This document shows, one piece after another, positions 59,875-64,000 of a stretch of DNA of 64,000 bases (its first letter is position 1; every line of letters begins with the position of its first letter). The DNA lies in the NCBI GenBank assembly GCA_947501605.1, contig CANMWZ010000014.1, positions 1 through 64,000 on the forward strand, in the 5' to 3' direction. Both the position numbers and the translations under genes were made by a program. The stretch comes from Planctomycetota bacterium (lineage in GTDB: Bacteria; Planctomycetota; UBA1135; UBA2386). The notes below the pieces were generated by a model, which saw nothing but the letters and a program-made list of their open reading frames with translations, searched no databases and was not told the origin of the DNA.

Positions 59875-61593
59875 TCAGAGGCTACCCATCAGGGAGCTGA
59901 CCGCGTTCGAGACGATGATGCCGGCAGCATTGGCGGCGGCGTCGAACGCAATCGCTTGGGAGAAGAACGACTGACCGACGAGTGGCGGCGAGTTCGGGAT
60001 GGCGATGACCGACGCCGCCGTCGGGCCGCCGAGCTGGAGGTTGCTGAGAACCTCCGGCAGCGTCACGTAGGCATTGCAGCCCAGGGCGCCGATGATGCCC
60101 AGGTCGAGACCTGCGGGGATCTGGCCGGCGCTCAACACATAGATCGAGAAGGCCGCCGTCGGTGGAATGCGGCTGGTCGTGAACGTGATGCTCTGATTGA
60201 TGACCGGTCGACTGCCCGCGGCGAGTTTCAGTGATTGGACTTCCGTCCGACTCGAAACCGGGCCAGCCGTCAGATCGCTGCTCCCAGGGTCGTAGGCGCT
60301 ACTGCCGCGCGAGAATCCAGTGAGCGCCACGCCGCCGCCGCTCGACGAGTCGTTCGCCAGCGATTGGAAGCGGAACTCGACACGGTCGTTGGTGCCGTTG
60401 TTGATCAGCGCAACCTGAAAAGTCGAGGTCGGCACCGGCGCTCCACTCGAACCAAAGCACGGGACGTTGCGCCACGTGACGAGATAGACGTTTGGGTTAC
60501 TCGGATCGAGTTGCGCAAAGACATTGGCATTGTTGATGGCACCGTCCGGCACCAAGTCTTGCATCGACGGAACGAGGCGCGTGCTCGGCAAGCCCAGCAT
60601 CGCCGAGCCGCTGCCGCCGGTGCTGCTGCTGACCGTGCCCGACAACCCGATGCTGCCGTTGCTGTCGATGACGATGCTCGTGGTGGAGCCGCCAGGAAAC
60701 TGGAACGAGAACGGGAGCGCTTGGACGGCCGAGACGACATCGTCTCCGAGTGCCAGACCCGCGACTGTCGGAGCGACGACCGTGGCCCCCAGCGTGGTGG
60801 CCGAGGTGTAGCCACCCTGCACGTTCGGCGTCAGCGTGACCGTCCGGCCCGCGAGGTCGTTGGCGCCGCTGGCGAACTGCTCGTAGAGCGAGACGGCGCG
60901 GTCATAGCAACCAGCGCCGTAGTTGGCGTTGACGGCAGCGCCTGCCGCATTTGTGTAGCCGAAGCGGGCCACTGGGCAGAACAAGCTGATCGTGCCCGTC
61001 GGCGCAACGGACGAGCCCGGCGACCGAACCGAGTTGCAGAGGTGTGCGGCGCCGAGAAAGCCCGTGCTCGTCGTGTTGCCCAGCAACGGCGTCGGCGCCG
61101 CAGTGACGACGATCTCCATCAGCAGGTCGGCGCCAGCTTCTGGCGTGAATGCGAAGGGCGTCGTCAGCGGGATGTTGATGAAGTACTCGTTTGGTGTCGT
61201 GCTGGTGACTGCGAGTGTCGTGACTGGTCCCGAGAAGTTCGGCGTGCCCAACGGTGCGGAGCGATTGGCGGCAAACGTTGCCGACGGCGCCACGAAATCG
61301 ACCGCTGCGTTCTGCAGATGGATCTCGACGCTTGGGTACGTCACGATCGCCGTCGCCAGACCGCCAGCGAGACGGAACTGCACGCGGTTGATCAGAATCG
61401 GCTGGCCCGTGTTCTGACTCGTGAAGTTGGTCGAGTCGTAGAGGCACTGAACGCGGTTGGCGCTCGCTCGCCAGACGTTGACCGTCGAACCGCCTTCCGT
61501 GTTCGCGAAGACGGCGGGAACGGTGATTTGCTGCGCGTCGAGTGCAACAATGTTCACGGCCATGACCGCAGCGGAGACGACGAGTTTGTGCAT
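59875..61593 (-). CDS. Secreted surface protein with nidogen-like domain and conserved C-terminal domain
   Basis: Signal peptide ending LDA-Q; RVQCLYD, YGAGCY, GDD..LPF.F.FPGG..SNG; close paralog of the adjacent gene. Confidence 0.8.
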   Translation of the reverse strand: MHKLVVSAAVMAVNIVALDAQQITVPAVFANTEGGSTVNVWRASANRVQCLYDSTNFTSQNTGQPILINRVQFRLAGGLATAIVTYPSVEIHLQNAAVDFVAPSATFAANRSAPLGTPNFSGPVTTLAVTSTTPNEYFINIPLTTPFAFTPEAGADLLMEIVVTAAPTPLLGNTTSTGFLGAAHLCNSVRSPGSSVAPTGTISLFCPVARFGYTNAAGAAVNANYGAGCYDRAVSLYEQFASGANDLAGRTVTLTPNVQGGYTSATTLGATVVAPTVAGLALGDDVVSAVQALPFSFQFPGGSTTSIVIDSNGSIGLSGTVSSSTGGSGSAMLGLPSTRLVPSMQDLVPDGAINNANVFAQLDPSNPNVYLVTWRNVPCFGSSGAPVPTSTFQVALINNGTNDRVEFRFQSLANDSSSGGGVALTGFSRGSSAYDPGSSDLTAGPVSSRTEVQSLKLAAGSRPVINQSITFTTSRIPPTAAFSIYVLSAGQIPAGLDLGIIGALGCNAYVTLPEVLSNLQLGGPTAASVIAIPNSPPLVGQSFFSQAIAFDAAANAAGIIVSNAVSSLMGSL

Positions 61594-61814
61594 GGGAACC
61601 AGATGGGTCGAGAGACTGCGCCGAATCAGCGAAACGCGGCTCGGGAACGGGCCAGCAACCATGCGAATCATACTTGCCGCTGGACCGAATGCGGCGCGGC
61701 CGCGACTGCGCCATGCTGCTCGCCGAATGCGGCGCGCCTTGGCAGATACCAGAAAGGCCGCGGCACCACGGTGAACTGGCCGCAGCGACACGCCCCGTCT
61801 GCGCCTGGTCTCGT

Positions 61815-63542
61815 TCAGAGACTACCGACGAGCGACACGATGCCGTTCGACGAGATCATGCCGAGCGCGTTCTGTGCGACATCAAAGGCGACCGCCTGCG
61901 TGTAAACACGCTGACCGACCAGGACCGAGCTGTTTGGGACTGCGAACGAAAGGCCCGACGTCGGCGCACTGAGCAAGCGGACCGTGACTTTCTGTTGCAC
62001 CAACACATAGGCGCTGCAACCTGCCGCGCCAACACTGCCGAGATCGGTACCGAGGTCTTGGCCGAGGCCCATCACCAACAGCGACAGGCTGGCCGAGGCT
62101 GGGATGTTGCTGGCCGTGAAGCCAAGGTTGGTGTTGATCACTGCACGGCTTGTTGCCACGAGCCTCAGCCGCGAGGTCTCGGCCCGGCTCGAGATCGGTC
62201 CGACTGTCAGATCGCTGCTCCCCGGATCGTGCGCACTACTGCCGCGCGAGAAGCCCGTGAGCGCGATGCCCGAGTTGCTCGACGAATCGTTTGCCAGCGA
62301 CTGGAAGCGGAACTCGACGCGATCGTTCGTGCCGCTGTCGATCAGCGCGACCTGGAACGTCGAAGCCAGCCTCGGCGTCGCCACCGAACCAAAGCACGGG
62401 ACGTTCCTCCAGGTGATCAGGTAGATGCTCGGATTGCCTGGATCGACATGCGCGAAGACGTTGTCCGTGTTGGTGAATCCATCTGGCACCAGGTCCTGCA
62501 TCGATGGCATCAGGCGGACATTGGGCAAGGCGAGCACGGCCACGGCACTGCCGCCGATGCTGCTCGTCGCGGTGCCCGAAAGGCCGATGCTGCCGTTACT
62601 GTCGACGAAGATTCCCGTGGTCGATCCACCCGGGAACTGGAAGGTGAACGGCAACGGCTGGAGGTTCGAGACCGCGTCGTCCGCGAGGGACAATCCACCG
62701 GTCGGCGGCACGATCACGACGCCCGCCGTCGTTGTCGCGGTGTAACCACCCTGGCCGTTCATGGTCAGCGTGACCTTCTTGCCCGAGAGGTCGGCAGTGC
62801 CACCGGCGAACAACTCGTAGAGCGATGCGGCGTGGTCGTAACAACCAGTGCCATAGCTCTCGTTGACGGCAGCGCCCAGGGCGTTGGCGTAGCCAAAACG
62901 CACTGCCGGACAAAACGGACTGATGGCTCCGGTCAGGGCCGCGATCGAGCCCGGCGAACGCACGGAGTTGCACATGTGCAATGCCGGCACGAAACCCGTA
63001 CTGATCGCGTGGCTGACGAGCGGCAACGGCGCCGCCGAGATGACGATCTCCATCAGGAGGTCGGCTCCGGCCTCTGGGGAGTAGAGGAACGGTCGAGTCA
63101 GTGGGATGCGGATGAAGTAGCCGTTGGGCGTCGCCCCAGTGACAGTCCGTGTGGTGACCTGGCCCGCGTAGTTGGGCGTGGTCAGAGGCACCGAGCGGTT
63201 GGCAGCAAACGTCGTCGACGGTGCGAGGAAGTCGACGGCGGCATTCTGCAGATGGATCTCGACACTGGGGTAGGTCACGATCGTCGACAGCAGCCCGCCA
63301 CCGAGACGAAACTGGACGCTGTCGATGACCATCGGCTGGCCGGTGTCCTGACTCGTGAAGTTGCTCGCGTCATAGAGGCACTGCACGCGATTGGGGCCAG
63401 CGCGCCAAACGTTGGCAGTCGCGCCACCCTCAGCATTGGCCAAGACGGCAGGCACACCGATCTGCTGGGCGCAGAGAGTCGCCGTGCCGTGGACCATGGC
63501 AACGGTGCAGAGCCAAAGGATGTAGCGAAAGGAAGAGGACAC
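61815..63542 (-). CDS. Secreted surface protein, tandem paralog of 59875-61593
   Basis: Long identical blocks (RVQCLYD, IVTYPSVEIHLQNAAVDF, TWRNVPCFGS, TNDRVEFRFQSLANDSSS); start uncertain. Confidence 0.8.
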   Translation of the reverse strand: MSSSFRYILWLCTVAMVHGTATLCAQQIGVPAVLANAEGGATANVWRAGPNRVQCLYDASNFTSQDTGQPMVIDSVQFRLGGGLLSTIVTYPSVEIHLQNAAVDFLAPSTTFAANRSVPLTTPNYAGQVTTRTVTGATPNGYFIRIPLTRPFLYSPEAGADLLMEIVISAAPLPLVSHAISTGFVPALHMCNSVRSPGSIAALTGAISPFCPAVRFGYANALGAAVNESYGTGCYDHAASLYELFAGGTADLSGKKVTLTMNGQGGYTATTTAGVVIVPPTGGLSLADDAVSNLQPLPFTFQFPGGSTTGIFVDSNGSIGLSGTATSSIGGSAVAVLALPNVRLMPSMQDLVPDGFTNTDNVFAHVDPGNPSIYLITWRNVPCFGSVATPRLASTFQVALIDSGTNDRVEFRFQSLANDSSSNSGIALTGFSRGSSAHDPGSSDLTVGPISSRAETSRLRLVATSRAVINTNLGFTASNIPASASLSLLVMGLGQDLGTDLGSVGAAGCSAYVLVQQKVTVRLLSAPTSGLSFAVPNSSVLVGQRVYTQAVAFDVAQNALGMISSNGIVSLVGSL

Positions 63543-63747
63543 TGCTCGGCTCGCGAAGGGACCCGCTACCGCAGGGAGCGGACCTGGAATCGAGCCGGGA
63601 TGATAGCAGGCCGCTTCAGGATTGAGTGAGCCTCGCAACGCACAGCAGATCGGACCGGCATTGTGCGCGCAGCTGCTCACGGCCTGTTGAAGTGCGGCGC
63701 CGTCGTCGCGCGCCCAGCAGGATGTGCTCGGCAGCTGACTCCTCGCT

Positions 63748-64000
63748 CTACTTCTTCCGCTTGGCCTGTTCGTTGCGCACTTCGATGCGCAGTTCGCGAC
63801 GGTGCTTGGCGTCGTGAAAGCGCCGCTTCTCCTCGGCGGTCTTGGGCAGGATCGGTGGCACTTCCCGAGGCTTGCGGCTGTCGGGGTCGAGCGAGACGAA
63901 CGTCAGATAGGCCGAGACGACGTGTTTGCGTTCGCCGGTCGCGCGTTCTTCTTGCCAGACCTTGACGCCGACTTCCATCGAGGTGCGACCCGCGAAGTTG
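63748..64000 (-). CDS. Acyl-CoA thioesterase (HotDog, YciA-like), 5'-truncated by window edge
   Basis: GRTSMEVGVKV, SAYLTFV.LD...P..VP, RF..A..RR. Confidence 0.85.
   Translation of the reverse strand, partial: NFAGRTSMEVGVKVWQEERATGERKHVVSAYLTFVSLDPDSRKPREVPPILPKTAEEKRRFHDAKHRRELRIEVRNEQAKRKK

Overview
GC-rich bacterial chromosomal segment. A planctomycete of the OM190/Pla133-like groups is inferred from protein style only; no marker gene here proves it. The window holds about 58 CDS and 2 tRNAs (Ala-CGC, Leu-GAG), with no integrase, transposase, prophage or CRISPR array. Housekeeping content: lptF/lptG with a tandem LPS-kinase, a thiolase-hbd-ACAD operon, mrp/trxA/lipB, xseAB, three GT4 glycosyltransferases, an ABC exporter, a K+-dependent membrane pyrophosphatase, rsfS and cobB. 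Most notable observations: (1) four secreted proteins with different N-terminal parts share a conserved ~120-aa C-terminal domain, and a fifth has a degenerate copy, suggesting an undescribed sorting/anchoring signal; (2) two acyl-CoA dehydrogenases have reciprocally degenerate FAD half-sites, predicting an obligate heteromer; (3) XseA carries an extra N-terminal HARP-like domain; (4) a YhaM-type OB fold is fused to a DEDDy exonuclease and faces an HD dNTPase; (5) a 33-aa single-TM ORF missing from the ORF track lies directly after lptG; (6) a nitrilase-family gene has Gly at the catalytic Cys; (7) a candidate sRNA/switch, probable leaderless transcription and several gene-end tandem repeats. 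All family calls come from recognising motifs by eye; no searches were run.
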